The position numbers and the translations under genes were made by a program. A stretch of 64,000 nucleotides of DNA from a virus. Lineage: Duplodnaviria > Heunggongvirae > Uroviricota > Caudoviricetes. The notes under the pieces are model-generated. The model saw only the letters and a list, made by a program, of their open reading frames with translations, was not told the origin of the DNA and did not search any database. The stretch lies in the IMG/VR virus record IMGVR_UViG_3300028833_002727; one strand, given 5' to 3'. How positions within the stretch are numbered: the first letter of the stretch is position 1; each line of letters starts with the position of its first letter. Below are positions 37,213 through 47,475 of this stretch, one piece after another.

Positions 37213-37869
37213 TTAGAATTCGTTTTTAACCCATGTTTCTCTCCAATGTTTGTCTGTTTGTACGTGATTAGCGCGTACGTACTTTGCAACGTGTTTCGAA
37301 AATTCCTCGATAGGGAATGAATCAACGTCTCTAACGACAAATCCTTCAATGTCCTGCCCCTGTTCAGCCAATTCTTTTTTGATTTCTTCAAAGGCTTTCA
37401 TAATTTTATCTCTATCATAAACGCCTCTATATATTTCTCTAACAGTTTTCAAATGATAAAGACTGCATCTTGTTTTTATAGAATCCCATGAATATATCCA
37501 ATTGTCTTTATCATTTTTTGCTGCGATACAAAATACTTGAAACGAATCTTCGATATTATCAAACTTATACCCAATAGAATGTTTTGCATATAAATTCTCT
37601 CCAATAACACGTTCATCTTCTTCGAGTTTATAGCAAAAATCCCACACTTTTGCTTTCAACCAATTCTGCCACTCATAACCAGTTCCATCAAGAGAACGTG
37701 CATGAATATAACCGTCAGGATAGACAGTCGTGTTTTCACCATCCATCTTGATTGTTACCACAACTTCCATTCCTTTGAATTGGTCGTCATTTGGTAGTGT
37801 CTTATCATCATCTGTTTTAGATTGAGAATAAGGCAAATGATATGTTCTTGGGTATTTAATTCGTTCCAT
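37213..37869 (-). CDS. ATP-dependent RNA ligase
   Basis: KYPRTYHLP, KMDGEN, GENLYAKHSI, EGFVVR, KYVR. Confidence 0.9.
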   Translation of the reverse strand: MERIKYPRTYHLPYSQSKTDDDKTLPNDDQFKGMEVVVTIKMDGENTTVYPDGYIHARSLDGTGYEWQNWLKAKVWDFCYKLEEDERVIGENLYAKHSIGYKFDNIEDSFQVFCIAAKNDKDNWIYSWDSIKTRCSLYHLKTVREIYRGVYDRDKIMKAFEEIKKELAEQGQDIEGFVVRDVDSFPIEEFSKHVAKYVRANHVQTDKHWRETWVKNEF

Positions 37870-38083
37870 TATCTTCGATTTTTGTGTTTATAACCTATCA
37901 TTCTTCCAAGTTGGCACATTATACGTCCTGCAATAGCAACGGTGTCAATATTTGGATATTCATCGTTCCAATACTCATCGAGCATTTCTTTGATTTCTTC
38001 TTTCTCAGTTTTATTCATTTGTTACTGTGTTTTATTTTATGCTGCAAAGATAATACAATTATTTCAAATAGCCAAAAAATTAG

Positions 38084-38593
38084 TTATTTTTCTTTCATAT
38101 ATCTGTTCCACAAATCTTTGTTGCTACTTATTTCCGTTATACCTTGTACGGGTGGATTAACTTTTAACAGGTAATCCCTATTGCGTAGTTCCATACATGC
38201 TTCCACGAAGCCAGCCTTGAAATATGCAGCCTGTTCTTCTGTATCGCAATGTACGTTTCCATTGAAATACTCTTCAGCCACTTTCCAGTAGAAATCTTTG
38301 AGTTTTGCTTTCTTTTCTTCTGCGCGCTTAATGCTGCAATCAATTACTTCCTGAGCCTCTTCCTCTGTATCGTAACATTCAGAACAAGCGGAACATGTAC
38401 GATCAGTTAAAAAGTTAGGGTTTCCACACATACCAGCACGTTCTTGTACTGTGATGTATCTAAATGGCATCATGTACATCAAATCAGAAACTATGCTTCC
38501 GACAGTGACAAGTAAAGGACGTGAAGCGTGCAAGTCTGGTAAATACATCCAAACCTGCGCGCCTTCCTTTATTTCAGCAATTGTGTGTTTCAT
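38084..38593 (-). CDS. hypothetical phage protein
   Basis: Co-oriented ORF. Confidence 0.7.
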   Translation of the reverse strand: MKHTIAEIKEGAQVWMYLPDLHASRPLLVTVGSIVSDLMYMMPFRYITVQERAGMCGNPNFLTDRTCSACSECYDTEEEAQEVIDCSIKRAEEKKAKLKDFYWKVAEEYFNGNVHCDTEEQAAYFKAGFVEACMELRNRDYLLKVNPPVQGITEISSNKDLWNRYMKEK

Positions 38594-38601
38594 GTTACTG
38601 A

Positions 38602-38922
38602 TTAGAATTTCTTTTGTAACTCATTTACAAGTTCAGCAGACTCTTGTGCTTTGTCACGCCAGTATTCGTACTCAGTCTTTGCCTCTGCCTCAAGAGCCTT
38701 AGCCTCTTCGATGTCAGCAAGCAAATCAGACAATGCATTCGCCTTGAACAAGCGCATTTTGTACACTGCCTTTGCACGTGCGATTTTCTCACCGATTTCA
38801 GCATCAAATGTATCCTTCTCGTTACATACTGCGACGCCTTTGAAGAACAGTTCTACGTCCTTGTCCCACAGGTAAAACACCGTAGTCTTACCATACACTT
38901 TTACTTGATTTTTCTTCTCCAT
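38602..38922 (-). CDS. small phage protein with GxAxC..D.FD..IG..IA motif
   Basis: FKGVAVCNEKDTFDAEIGEKIARAKA. Confidence 0.65.
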   Translation of the reverse strand: MEKKNQVKVYGKTTVFYLWDKDVELFFKGVAVCNEKDTFDAEIGEKIARAKAVYKMRLFKANALSDLLADIEEAKALEAEAKTEYEYWRDKAQESAELVNELQKKF

Positions 38923-38927
38923 ATTGT

Positions 38928-39224
38928 TTACAGTTTTAAATTGTTAATATCGAACGCATCTAAAAATTTGTTAGCGTGTTCAACGTCATTGATTGGAACA
39001 TCTAGCATCAATTTAGACACATGTTCATTTTTATTTCTTTTATCAATCTTGTAGATTCTGAATTGAATGTCGTTTGTGTCTTCCTTACGAATCCAAAATT
39101 GCAAATCCGTCTCAATGGTTTTGTCTTCATTTTCAAATACGTAAAGGCAACAGATTAACTCACCCATTGGATATACCATGAAACCTTTTTTCTCTAACAG
39201 TTGTGTTGTTAATTGTTTATTCAT
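38928..39224 (-). CDS. hypothetical phage protein
   Basis: Co-oriented ORF. Confidence 0.65.
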   Translation of the reverse strand: MNKQLTTQLLEKKGFMVYPMGELICCLYVFENEDKTIETDLQFWIRKEDTNDIQFRIYKIDKRNKNEHVSKLMLDVPINDVEHANKFLDAFDINNLKL

Positions 39225-39559
39225 GTTGTTATCTCCATAAATCGGATAGGTGGTTATTTATTAGATAACCCTCTACCTCTTTTTTAAGTATGTCTTTTGT
39301 TTGTTCTAATGTAAGTCCAGAGTCATTCAACGGAAGACTTCTGATCAGTAAAAATCTACTCCAGTTCTCTTTGAAGATTTTGACGAGTTCATCATTCATT
39401 TCTTCTTTTGACATATCAAACAAATTAGCAATACATCCGTAGTTTCCTACAGTTGCTAAGTTTGACATTAGACTGGAGTGATTGTCTAACTTGCCACGCA
39501 AATCGTAGTATGCAGTTAAACGGTTTTCCTCTTTGTCAAAAACGATAACGTAAGATGTA

Positions 39560-39793
39560 TCAATTAGCCTTATCATATTTCTCGCGGTATTCACCGTAGT
39601 TAAATAAAATTTCTTTATACTCGTCTTCGGTGAGCGGGATAATATTTTCCCACTCATCCGTCATGTTCTGAATGCGATTAGCGTTTTTCAGCCAAAACAA
39701 TGCGTTCTTGACGTCAATCATGTTGACGATACCGCTCTTTTGTAAAGCACGGTAACTGTCGAACATTTCTTTTGTGATTTTCACTTCTTTCAT
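39560..39793 (-). CDS. DUF5049-like small protein
   Basis: LQKSGIVNMID...YKEILFNY. Confidence 0.55.
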   Translation of the reverse strand: MKEVKITKEMFDSYRALQKSGIVNMIDVKNALFWLKNANRIQNMTDEWENIIPLTEDEYKEILFNYGEYREKYDKAN

Positions 39794-39821
39794 AGAACAA
39801 TATAAATATACAATTATTTTT

Positions 39822-40439
39822 TTATAGAGTACCGCGTAAATCGGCTAATTCGTCGTTAATACCGTCGCGAAGTCTACCGTCCATTCTGAACACAAACAAA
39901 TCCTCAAGGGTTTTTTCAATGGCGTTCGTATAGAGAGTTGCTTTATCGGATAAAACATCCAACGTAGCCTCATACATAGCACAACGTTCCTCCAGTTTTT
40001 TGCATATTCGATTGTGGTATTCCTCTTCTGTCTCAGGCGCATACTCAATAATGCAGAGAATTCTGCCACACGACGTATCGTAAATACATCTGTAATATTG
40101 GCCTTTCGACAAGTACAATATTCTGTCAATTTGTTTACCGTCAGGCAATTTGATGTGACGGCAAGTATATGTGCGAGTCTCTGGTGCAAGACACCATACG
40201 TTGCTTTTTAGTTTCTTGTGCAACTTAGTCAACAGGGTTTTATCCTTGTTGATTTCGTTGATGTCACCTGGTAATTCTTGATAGTTTTCACTTTTGTAGA
40301 TGACTCTACACGGCGTACTTGATGGGTGTTCACAAGTGATGTCTTTGTTGAGTTCGACTTCATATACACCTATATCATCCGCACAATCATTGCGGAACCC
40401 TTCTCTGTAGATGTAACGTGGTTTTTCAATTTTACTCAT
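39822..40439 (-). CDS. hypothetical phage protein
   Basis: After host promoter ~40482. Confidence 0.75.
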   Translation of the reverse strand: MSKIEKPRYIYREGFRNDCADDIGVYEVELNKDITCEHPSSTPCRVIYKSENYQELPGDINEINKDKTLLTKLHKKLKSNVWCLAPETRTYTCRHIKLPDGKQIDRILYLSKGQYYRCIYDTSCGRILCIIEYAPETEEEYHNRICKKLEERCAMYEATLDVLSDKATLYTNAIEKTLEDLFVFRMDGRLRDGINDELADLRGTL

Positions 40440-40559
40440 ATGCTATTTTATTTATTTTGGATCAGAATATGTATTTCTGCTGCAAAAGTAGTAATAATTT
40501 TTCAAATAACCAAATATTTGTATAGGAAAAATGTATTTATCTATAAAGTAACTGAGTAA

Positions 40560-41606
40560 ATGTCTAAAGTAATTAACGAAAATATATTAAGAAGTATCAT
40601 TCGTAATGCGTTGAATGAAGCAGTTGATGAGTTGAACTTATATCACGGCACAAATGCTGATTTTGATAAGTTCGATTTTGCTTACCTATCTTCTGGCTGG
40701 GGCCAACAAGCATATGGTTATGGCTTTTATTTAACAACCAGTTATGATGCTGCAAAGGATTATGCATATGATGCTAATCATGGACAAGTGATGGAAGTAG
40801 AAGTGCCTGATGGGAAATATCTAACTGATGTTAGTATAAGCAAGGCTGAAGCAAACCGCATAGCGCGTATTTTCTTTAAATACATGACTGAAGAGAATGA
40901 AGATACTCGTGATAGTTATTCTACTGAAGAAGAGAAACGTTGTTTTTGGGATTACGAAGTGGATTATGTACGCCGTTGTAGCACTGGCACCTATGTATAT
41001 GGTACAATTGCTTCACTAATGGGCAGCGACAAAGATACTTCAGAATTTTTACATGACAAATGTGGCTATGTTGGATTAAAGATAAGGGACAGATATAACG
41101 CCGGAAAAAAGACGCCAATTACATATGTTATATTCAACCAAAATGATATTAAGATATTGAGGAAAACCCACGTTAATGAAAAAGTTGACAAATCAAAAGT
41201 TGATGAATTCCATAAAATATTTACATTTGGAAAATACAATGGACAAGAAAAGACTAAAGTTATACGAGAAGACCCTGAATATTGTGTGTGGTTATATAAA
41301 AAAATGAAATATTCACCATTTACTGATAAACAGCTTGGATTACTGGATGTATCATATTATAGAAAATATAAAATATTCCCAATTAAATCTAGAACAACAC
41401 CTAATTATGCACAAATAAAAGGTGTTTTAGTAAAGAATATGACAGCAGAACAATTATCATATGTATATGAGAATGGAACAGATGAATTTAAATGGCTAGT
41501 AAAACAAGAGCACACGAATCGTGGTTGGCATTATCACCCATACAAAAGGTATCCTGTTTTTCAGACGGATGATTTATACGAGAATATAGATAGCAGACTA
41601 CATTGA
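40560..41606 (+). CDS. ADP-ribosyltransferase (ART-PolyVal-like) with leader and FGKY C-terminal domain
   Basis: LRSIIRNALNE; LYHGTNADFDKF...GQQAYGYGFYLT...YVIFNQNDIKIL; FTFGKYNG...DPEYCVWL. Confidence 0.8.
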   Translation: MSKVINENILRSIIRNALNEAVDELNLYHGTNADFDKFDFAYLSSGWGQQAYGYGFYLTTSYDAAKDYAYDANHGQVMEVEVPDGKYLTDVSISKAEANRIARIFFKYMTEENEDTRDSYSTEEEKRCFWDYEVDYVRRCSTGTYVYGTIASLMGSDKDTSEFLHDKCGYVGLKIRDRYNAGKKTPITYVIFNQNDIKILRKTHVNEKVDKSKVDEFHKIFTFGKYNGQEKTKVIREDPEYCVWLYKKMKYSPFTDKQLGLLDVSYYRKYKIFPIKSRTTPNYAQIKGVLVKNMTAEQLSYVYENGTDEFKWLVKQEHTNRGWHYHPYKRYPVFQTDDLYENIDSRLH

Positions 41607-41655
41607 TGTTAGGCAGTGGAAAATAAAAAAGAGAACTTGGATGTTCTCTTTTTTT

Positions 41656-41916
41656 TTATGTGTTTGAATCTATCACAACTTGTGATGGGATAGGTACATA
41701 GATACGTTTATAGAAATCGAGCATGGTTTCATCCGGGGATGCTTTCTCCATATACAAATCTGAATAACCATCAGTTGCAATACAGAAATATCTATCCCAA
41801 TTCCAAATACGTTTAATTTTACTCATAGGAATTAACCTATCACGTACCTGGTTCTTTTCACCATTGTCATAGCGATAGAATGAATTTTCAAAGTATAAAA
41901 AACAATCACTTGTCAT
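41656..41916 (-). CDS. hypothetical protein
   Basis: Co-oriented ORF. Confidence 0.55.
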   Translation of the reverse strand: MTSDCFLYFENSFYRYDNGEKNQVRDRLIPMSKIKRIWNWDRYFCIATDGYSDLYMEKASPDETMLDFYKRIYVPIPSQVVIDSNT

Positions 41917-42304
41917 TTTTCTTGAAGTATTTAAATGTTACGTTAATAAACAATATTGCAAGCGTACCAATAAACGCGGACATATATAAACCCGTACCAA
42001 CAAGACATCCAATTGCTGCGGAAGCCCATATTGTCGCTGCTGTCGTTAATCCATGAACCTTATCTTCGTGTTTAAATATGATTCCAGCACCAATAAAGCC
42101 GATTCCAGACACTATCTGTGCTATGACGCGGGAATTATCACCTCCAAATATTTCGGGCGACATGAGGCAAAAGAGAGTGGAACCAAGACAAATCAGTGAG
42201 ATTGTCCTGGAACCAACGGCTTTACCGCTATTTTCCCTTTCGATACCAATCATGTATCCGAAAAGAATTGATAATCCTATTTTAAACAGTACGACTAAAT
42301 CCAT
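41906..42304 (-). CDS. MgtC/SapB family membrane protein
   Basis: IGIERE..GK..G.RT, SRVIAQIVSGIGFIGAG, GLTTAATIW. Confidence 0.92.
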   Translation of the reverse strand: MDLVVLFKIGLSILFGYMIGIERENSGKAVGSRTISLICLGSTLFCLMSPEIFGGDNSRVIAQIVSGIGFIGAGIIFKHEDKVHGLTTAATIWASAAIGCLVGTGLYMSAFIGTLAILFINVTFKYFKKNDK

Positions 42305-42534
42305 TATTTTTTGTTTTTTCTAAATAGCCAGAAGAAGAATATTCTCCAGGTTATCGCCGGGTAATAATTTGGGAATGGTTGAAATCCACCAATCCACATG
42401 GCAACACCATCTTCGTTGTAGAAGGTTTTGTATCCTGGGAAAAGTCTGTAAAAATATATAGCATCCTTGCCATGCTTTTTTAGTTTGCGTGACAGCCAAA
42501 AAGGTATTATGTTGTCTGTTGAAAGCATAATCAA
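42304..42534 (-). CDS. hypothetical protein
   Basis: Overlapping start/stop packing. Confidence 0.5.
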   Translation of the reverse strand: MIMLSTDNIIPFWLSRKLKKHGKDAIYFYRLFPGYKTFYNEDGVAMWIGGFQPFPNYYPAITWRIFFFWLFRKNKK

Positions 42535-42857
42535 TCACAATATTCACTCATTTTACGTAAGTAGTACAAGTACCACTGTGGGATTTCAGTTAACTCGTAA
42601 TCATACGCCCATGATTCCCATTTCAATTTTTCTCTCCACCACTTGAGACTAAATAGCCAGTCACACTTTTTATCATTAGATGAACTGCTAGTATCATACC
42701 AGCCACCTAGAAATACCCACGCCATTGGTAATGCTACAAACAACAGGAATATGTTCCATAGCACCCAAAATATGATACTAAATATCCAAATTGGAAATGC
42801 TATGATAGCGTAAAGTATAACTAACAGCCTCAAGAATATAAAAGCGATGCGTTTCAT
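42531..42857 (-). CDS. membrane protein
   Basis: Long hydrophobic N-terminus. Confidence 0.65.
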   Translation of the reverse strand: MKRIAFIFLRLLVILYAIIAFPIWIFSIIFWVLWNIFLLFVALPMAWVFLGGWYDTSSSSNDKKCDWLFSLKWWREKLKWESWAYDYELTEIPQWYLYYLRKMSEYCD

Positions 42858-42858
42858 A

Positions 42859-43317
42859 TTATTGCAGTCTACTTTTTACAATCTGCGCAACAAGGCCACC
42901 ATCGGCAGTCGGTAATGCTGCTTTGATTGTTTTAATGATGACACCCATGTTATTTTTAGTTGGCTCAAAGCCATCTTGTCCAATAACGTCATTAAAACAT
43001 TTCAAAATGTCTTCCTCAGTTGCTGCCTGTGGCAAGAACTCCTGAATAACGTTCAACTGTGCTTTCTCGTGCTCAGCCAACTCGGTACGTCCTGCTTTCT
43101 CGAACTCAGCGATTGATTCTTGACGCTGTTTTACCATCTTGTTAAGGATTTGGATTTCCGCAGCCTCATCAAGCGTCTTACCAACGTTAGCCTTAGAAGT
43201 TCTCCACTCCATGAAAGCGGTTTTCATGCTTCGAAGTGTCTCTGTGCGCACTGTATCGTGTGCTTTCATCGCTGACATGATGAACATGTCAATTTTGTCG
43301 TTAACTAAATTGTTCAT
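42859..43317 (-). CDS. GatB/YqeY domain protein
   Basis: AMKAHD...LR...KMVKQRQESIAEFEKAGR.ELAE.E...FLPQ. Confidence 0.9.
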   Translation of the reverse strand: MNNLVNDKIDMFIMSAMKAHDTVRTETLRSMKTAFMEWRTSKANVGKTLDEAAEIQILNKMVKQRQESIAEFEKAGRTELAEHEKAQLNVIQEFLPQAATEEDILKCFNDVIGQDGFEPTKNNMGVIIKTIKAALPTADGGLVAQIVKSRLQ

Positions 43318-43702
43318 TTGTGTTTGTGTTGTTTTTTAACATTTCTATGTAATTTTTAAGTGTTTCGGTATCGAAGCACCTAATCTTTGTCTTTTTACTC
43401 AAAATCCACGCGCGAGGAATACGTAATTGTGTAAATACGCGTGCTTTTCCATCAATGTTTGGGTTATTCATGTCAACCAAACAACCCTCGAATTGAACAC
43501 CATCATCGTATGCTTTTACGCCACCTTTCACGTAGTAGCAAAGTGTGGTATCTTGATACTCGCGAGTATTAGTCACTACCAAGAAAGTATCGTATGGAAG
43601 TGTCCACGCGAAGCGTCTCACTAAGTCTGCCATATATGCGAATGTTAGTGCTACACCCGCAACAATAAGCACACCACCTAAAAATATCCAGAGTACTATC
43701 AT
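43301..43702 (-). CDS. membrane-anchored hypothetical protein
   Basis: N-terminal TM. Confidence 0.65.
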   Translation of the reverse strand: MIVLWIFLGGVLIVAGVALTFAYMADLVRRFAWTLPYDTFLVVTNTREYQDTTLCYYVKGGVKAYDDGVQFEGCLVDMNNPNIDGKARVFTQLRIPRAWILSKKTKIRCFDTETLKNYIEMLKNNTNTNEQFS

Positions 43703-44133
43703 TATCTACTACCTTTCTTTTTTTTACGTTCGTTTGTTATACTTGTTTCACCCATTTCCCTAACAACGCGTTCAGCGTCTTCAACGTATCTAACGTCCAC
43801 TAAATCGTTTAATACGAGTTCGTGTGGTATTTTGATGGTTTTTATTGTTGGGGCATTTTCGTTTATCACAGGATAATTTGGGTTAATGTCACTACCATAC
43901 ACCAATATATCTGTATCACCAACGAGAGGATTAGTGTCGTTGACATAATAACCGCGAATGTATGATGAACTATCCTTTTTTTCACGAATAAGTAGAATAC
44001 ATTTCTTTGGTAATAACAAGGTGAATGTTCTCAGTTTTTCCTTGTTCAGATGCATCTTGTTAATTGCGTGTGCAAGGATGTATATCATGTACAAGCCAAT
44101 CAATATGGCTATGACTCTTAAAGCGATTGCCAT
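43702..44133 (-). CDS. membrane-anchored hypothetical protein (likely paralog of 43301)
   Basis: N-terminal TM; shared YYV...DxNxP...KIP/RIP pattern. Confidence 0.65.
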   Translation of the reverse strand: MAIALRVIAILIGLYMIYILAHAINKMHLNKEKLRTFTLLLPKKCILLIREKKDSSSYIRGYYVNDTNPLVGDTDILVYGSDINPNYPVINENAPTIKTIKIPHELVLNDLVDVRYVEDAERVVREMGETSITNERKKKKGSR

Positions 44134-44540
44134 TATTTTTCTTCTTCTTTTGGTTTTTTATTATTCAGTTTTTCGAGAATGTATGCAACAAACTCGTCTT
44201 GGATTTTCACCGCTTCGTCCTCGGTTAGTTTAAACCCACCTACTCCGGTGAGTTTACCCCAACCACGAACACGAATGACTGGTTTGTCAGAACCTTCAGC
44301 GAAGATATGACAACCTTTGCTAACAAATTTGTCAGGCTTACCCCATTGTTCCGAGTCATTGTACGGACGTGTACCATTGATAATCTCAAGGAGTTCTTGA
44401 TACAATGTCGGCACGAGGTTCGGAATTAACACATCGTAAGCCATAGACATTCCTTCACCTGCACACCATGCCTTAAACGGGAGAATATCGTCGTTGATGC
44501 GTAATGGGAACGGATAATAATCTTTAAATGTTTTGTCCAT
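44133..44540 (-). CDS. conserved hypothetical phage protein
   Basis: IRVRGWGKLTGVGG. Confidence 0.7.
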   Translation of the reverse strand: MDKTFKDYYPFPLRINDDILPFKAWCAGEGMSMAYDVLIPNLVPTLYQELLEIINGTRPYNDSEQWGKPDKFVSKGCHIFAEGSDKPVIRVRGWGKLTGVGGFKLTEDEAVKIQDEFVAYILEKLNNKKPKEEEK

Positions 44541-44556
44541 GTTGTGCTAGTTTTTG

Positions 44557-45408
44557 TTAGTTATTTCCGTCAATATTGACGATAGGCATCATATCCTTGC
44601 CACTTTGTACCTTGGGAAGATGTCCATCCCACTTCTCAATCCAGTCTTCCATGACAATCATGCGACTCAAAGAAGCGGAAATCGTACGGTTGTAGTATGC
44701 CTCTGCATCTGCCTTTACGCGCATGGCCTTTGCATCACCCTCAGCCTTTGCTACAGCAATCTCAGCCTCAGCCTTTGCTTTCTCAACCTCGTTCTTAGCT
44801 TTGAGTGCGCTTTGAACTGCGGCGTTCTTTGCGTTAATAGTCTCGACAAGACTCTTAGGCGGCTCAATCTGAGAGGTAAACTGCTCTACGTAGAAACCTT
44901 CTGCGATAAGTGTAGAATCAAGCATGTCCTTTACAGCGTCCTCGAAATCTGCTCTGTGTGCGATAAGTTCATCTGCGGTGTATCGGTTAGCATTGATACG
45001 ATACGCGTCATAGATTGCTACACGCATGTAATTCTCTTCAATGTACTCCAACGGTTTACGGTACTTCGCGAATACATCTACTGCGCGTTCACGTATCAAT
45101 CGGTAGTTAAGGTTCGGGTCCATTTCGAACTTAGAACCGTCTTTGGTTTGTACGATAAACGGCTTGTAGTTAGCGGAGCGTACACGTGTCTCGTAGGTAA
45201 ATACGTCAGTTGTAATCGGGCAGTAGAAGACGTAACCAGTTACTGTGGTTGCATCAAGCGTACCCTGCTCGGTGAGCGACAACTTGTTGAACTTGATACC
45301 TACCTCTGAGGAATCAACTCGCGTGCAACGAACCATCGTACACGAAACGAAAATCAAAATTACGGCTAAAACGCCGAGTTTCACTAAAAATTTTTGCCAA
45401 TTTTCCAT
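44557..45408 (-). CDS. SPFH/Band-7/prohibitin family protein
   Basis: TM, VDSSEVGI, coiled AEAEIAVAKAEGDA, IEKWDGHLP. Confidence 0.9.
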   Translation of the reverse strand: MENWQKFLVKLGVLAVILIFVSCTMVRCTRVDSSEVGIKFNKLSLTEQGTLDATTVTGYVFYCPITTDVFTYETRVRSANYKPFIVQTKDGSKFEMDPNLNYRLIRERAVDVFAKYRKPLEYIEENYMRVAIYDAYRINANRYTADELIAHRADFEDAVKDMLDSTLIAEGFYVEQFTSQIEPPKSLVETINAKNAAVQSALKAKNEVEKAKAEAEIAVAKAEGDAKAMRVKADAEAYYNRTISASLSRMIVMEDWIEKWDGHLPKVQSGKDMMPIVNIDGNN

Positions 45409-45453
45409 TGTTTTGTTTGTTTTAAATTGTTAATATTGTTTTGTTTTTGTTAA

Positions 45454-45753
45454 TTATTCGTATCGGTTGTTACATGGGCAATCCGGATTGTGCGTTACGG
45501 CAATTCCGGTTCTATCTGTGAATATGATATATTCATGCCCATCATATTCAATTTTGTTAATAACACCACGTATTTTACTTTTATGGTATTGATATTGAAA
45601 GTCACCTTCATATGTACCAATAACGTTTTCGGTGTTGTTATCTTCAAATCGTGATTCCGTTGTTTCACAGCTGCAACTAGTGAGACACGTACTAACACAA
45701 AAGAAAATCATTGCAACCAAAAACATTTTCATTACGAGTCTAAATTTCTCCAT
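45454..45753 (-). CDS. putative lipoprotein
   Basis: LTSC lipobox; HNPDCPC. Confidence 0.6.
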   Translation of the reverse strand: MEKFRLVMKMFLVAMIFFCVSTCLTSCSCETTESRFEDNNTENVIGTYEGDFQYQYHKSKIRGVINKIEYDGHEYIIFTDRTGIAVTHNPDCPCNNRYE

Positions 45754-45900
45754 ATCATGTGTATTTTTCTAAGTTAGTTTGTTTTGTTTCTTTTTTTACT
45801 TCCTTTTTCTCTGACCGAATTATATCGTCATACGATGGTATGTCATCATCTTCGCGACCAACAAATACGAATGATGCCAACATCATTAATATGAAACTCA

Positions 45901-46173
45901 TTATTGTTCAAGTTTTACTCGTACATTAAATTTCTCGTTAACATTTACGACAATGGTGTCGTTTTTAGTGGGCTGTGTTTTATCAACACTAACCAGGAAG
46001 TTAATCATTTTTTCCTGGGTTTCAACACGTTTTTCCAATTCCTCCACCTTGTCAAGTGCAGTAGTATTGAGGGCGCGTGTGAATACAAGTAAAAGGATTA
46101 TCATGAGAATGATAACAACTTCAATCATCGGCCACATGAATTTTCTCAAATCTTCTTTTAATTGTGCATCCAT
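45901..46173 (-). CDS. membrane protein
   Basis: TM plus coiled coil after host promoter ~46224. Confidence 0.6.
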   Translation of the reverse strand: MDAQLKEDLRKFMWPMIEVVIILMIILLLVFTRALNTTALDKVEELEKRVETQEKMINFLVSVDKTQPTKNDTIVVNVNEKFNVRVKLEQ

Positions 46174-46260
46174 TTTTCTGATCTTTTTAATTGTTAATAA
46201 TGTTATTTGTTTCAAAATCTGGTGCAAAGATACAACAAAAATTTCAATTAACCAAATATA

Positions 46261-46884
46261 TTATAGAAAAAAGCACAAAAAAAAATGTTTGCAATGTCTT
46301 CGTTTCTTAATTTCGTGGTAACTTAGATATGCAAACATTAGTAATAAAAGTGGTACTATTGCGTCACCTATTTGAGTTGGTGGATATTGATAACCTTGAA
46401 TTGAACCTGATGGTATTGTATGTCCATAAAGTAAAGTCCAATGCCACCCTAATAAGTTATCCCATTCAGACACATTACCTTCATCATCCTCCCGATACCA
46501 TCTGTCTTTACTTTCATTGTAATAATATGTATATCCATCTTCCCAGAATGATTCACCCCTACCTATCCACGTTCCTTGTTCAGGGCCTGAAGTGCTTGAA
46601 CCAGTTTCATTTCCATTATCGTCATACCCTTTTACTTTTCTTACTCCTGGCCTTCCACTTCCTCCATTGTTCGCATTCCCATTAAAATATGGGTTATATG
46701 TACCAGAATATGTTGATGTATTTAAATTCTGGTATGCTGATGGTGTGAATTGCCCATTAGAATAATTAGTAGTATAACCAATCTTTGTTTGAGGTTGGTA
46801 TGTAGACATATTACTTTGATACATATGTGCATGTACTAAAGTAGTGTATAATAGTAATAATATGATATATATTGCTCGTTTCAT
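46261..46884 (-). CDS. secreted protein with C-terminal xIGD-TM-basic sorting-signal-like tail
   Basis: Signal peptide; PPTQIGDAIVPLLLLMFAYLSYHEIKKRR. Confidence 0.65.
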   Translation of the reverse strand: MKRAIYIILLLLYTTLVHAHMYQSNMSTYQPQTKIGYTTNYSNGQFTPSAYQNLNTSTYSGTYNPYFNGNANNGGSGRPGVRKVKGYDDNGNETGSSTSGPEQGTWIGRGESFWEDGYTYYYNESKDRWYREDDEGNVSEWDNLLGWHWTLLYGHTIPSGSIQGYQYPPTQIGDAIVPLLLLMFAYLSYHEIKKRRHCKHFFLCFFL

Positions 46885-47007
46885 AATCAAAAATATGTTT
46901 TATAACATAAATATACAAAAAATTTAAAAAATTTAAAAAGATGTATATTTAGTCTATAATGATAATAGAAAAAGTATTTATTGGTGAAAAAATATAGGTT
47001 AAAAAAT

Positions 47008-47304
47008 ATGAAAAAAATTCTAAGTATGATAATGCTATGCGTCATTAGCATTATGTGTTTTGGTGAAAATTATTATTGGGAAAAAGTAAAATTAACATCA
47101 TCTGAATATCATAAAGATGGTGAATACATTATTTGTTATGAAACACCAGGAAATAAAATAAAAGTTTTCCAAAATTTTATGACACAAGCGATAACAATAA
47201 ACAAAACTAACGACTCAAATGAGAAAAAAAGAAAGAGTAGAAGATTAACCTCTACTCTTTTTCTTTTGTCCGTATTCTTCTATTACTTGAAGAATATGAT
47301 TTGA
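47008..47304 (+). pseudogene. possible truncated secreted-protein gene
   Basis: Signal peptide MKKILSMIMLCVISIMCFG then sequence runs into the opposing gene. Confidence 0.3.
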
Positions 47305-47475
47305 ACCCATGAGTTGAAACGTTAACTCATCAGCAAGTTCTACTGCTGTTCTGGCTATTTGAGCGCCGCTATCATATTTGTAGTAGTCAGACACTCTCAG
47401 GTTAGCACATATTTTTGCAGCAGTTTCGTTGCGAAAAGCAAACCAGTCAAACGGCTTCTTATTCATATTTATCAA
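47245..47475 (-). CDS. small conserved phage protein
   Basis: RNETAAK...IARTAVELADEL. Confidence 0.6.
   Translation of the reverse strand: MINMNKKPFDWFAFRNETAAKICANLRVSDYYKYDSGAQIARTAVELADELTFQLMGSNHILQVIEEYGQKKKSRG

Noticed and set aside
44554-45309. 251-aa + strand ORF and the many other + strand ORFs in 380-26595
   Set aside because: Antisense shadows of well-supported minus-strand genes
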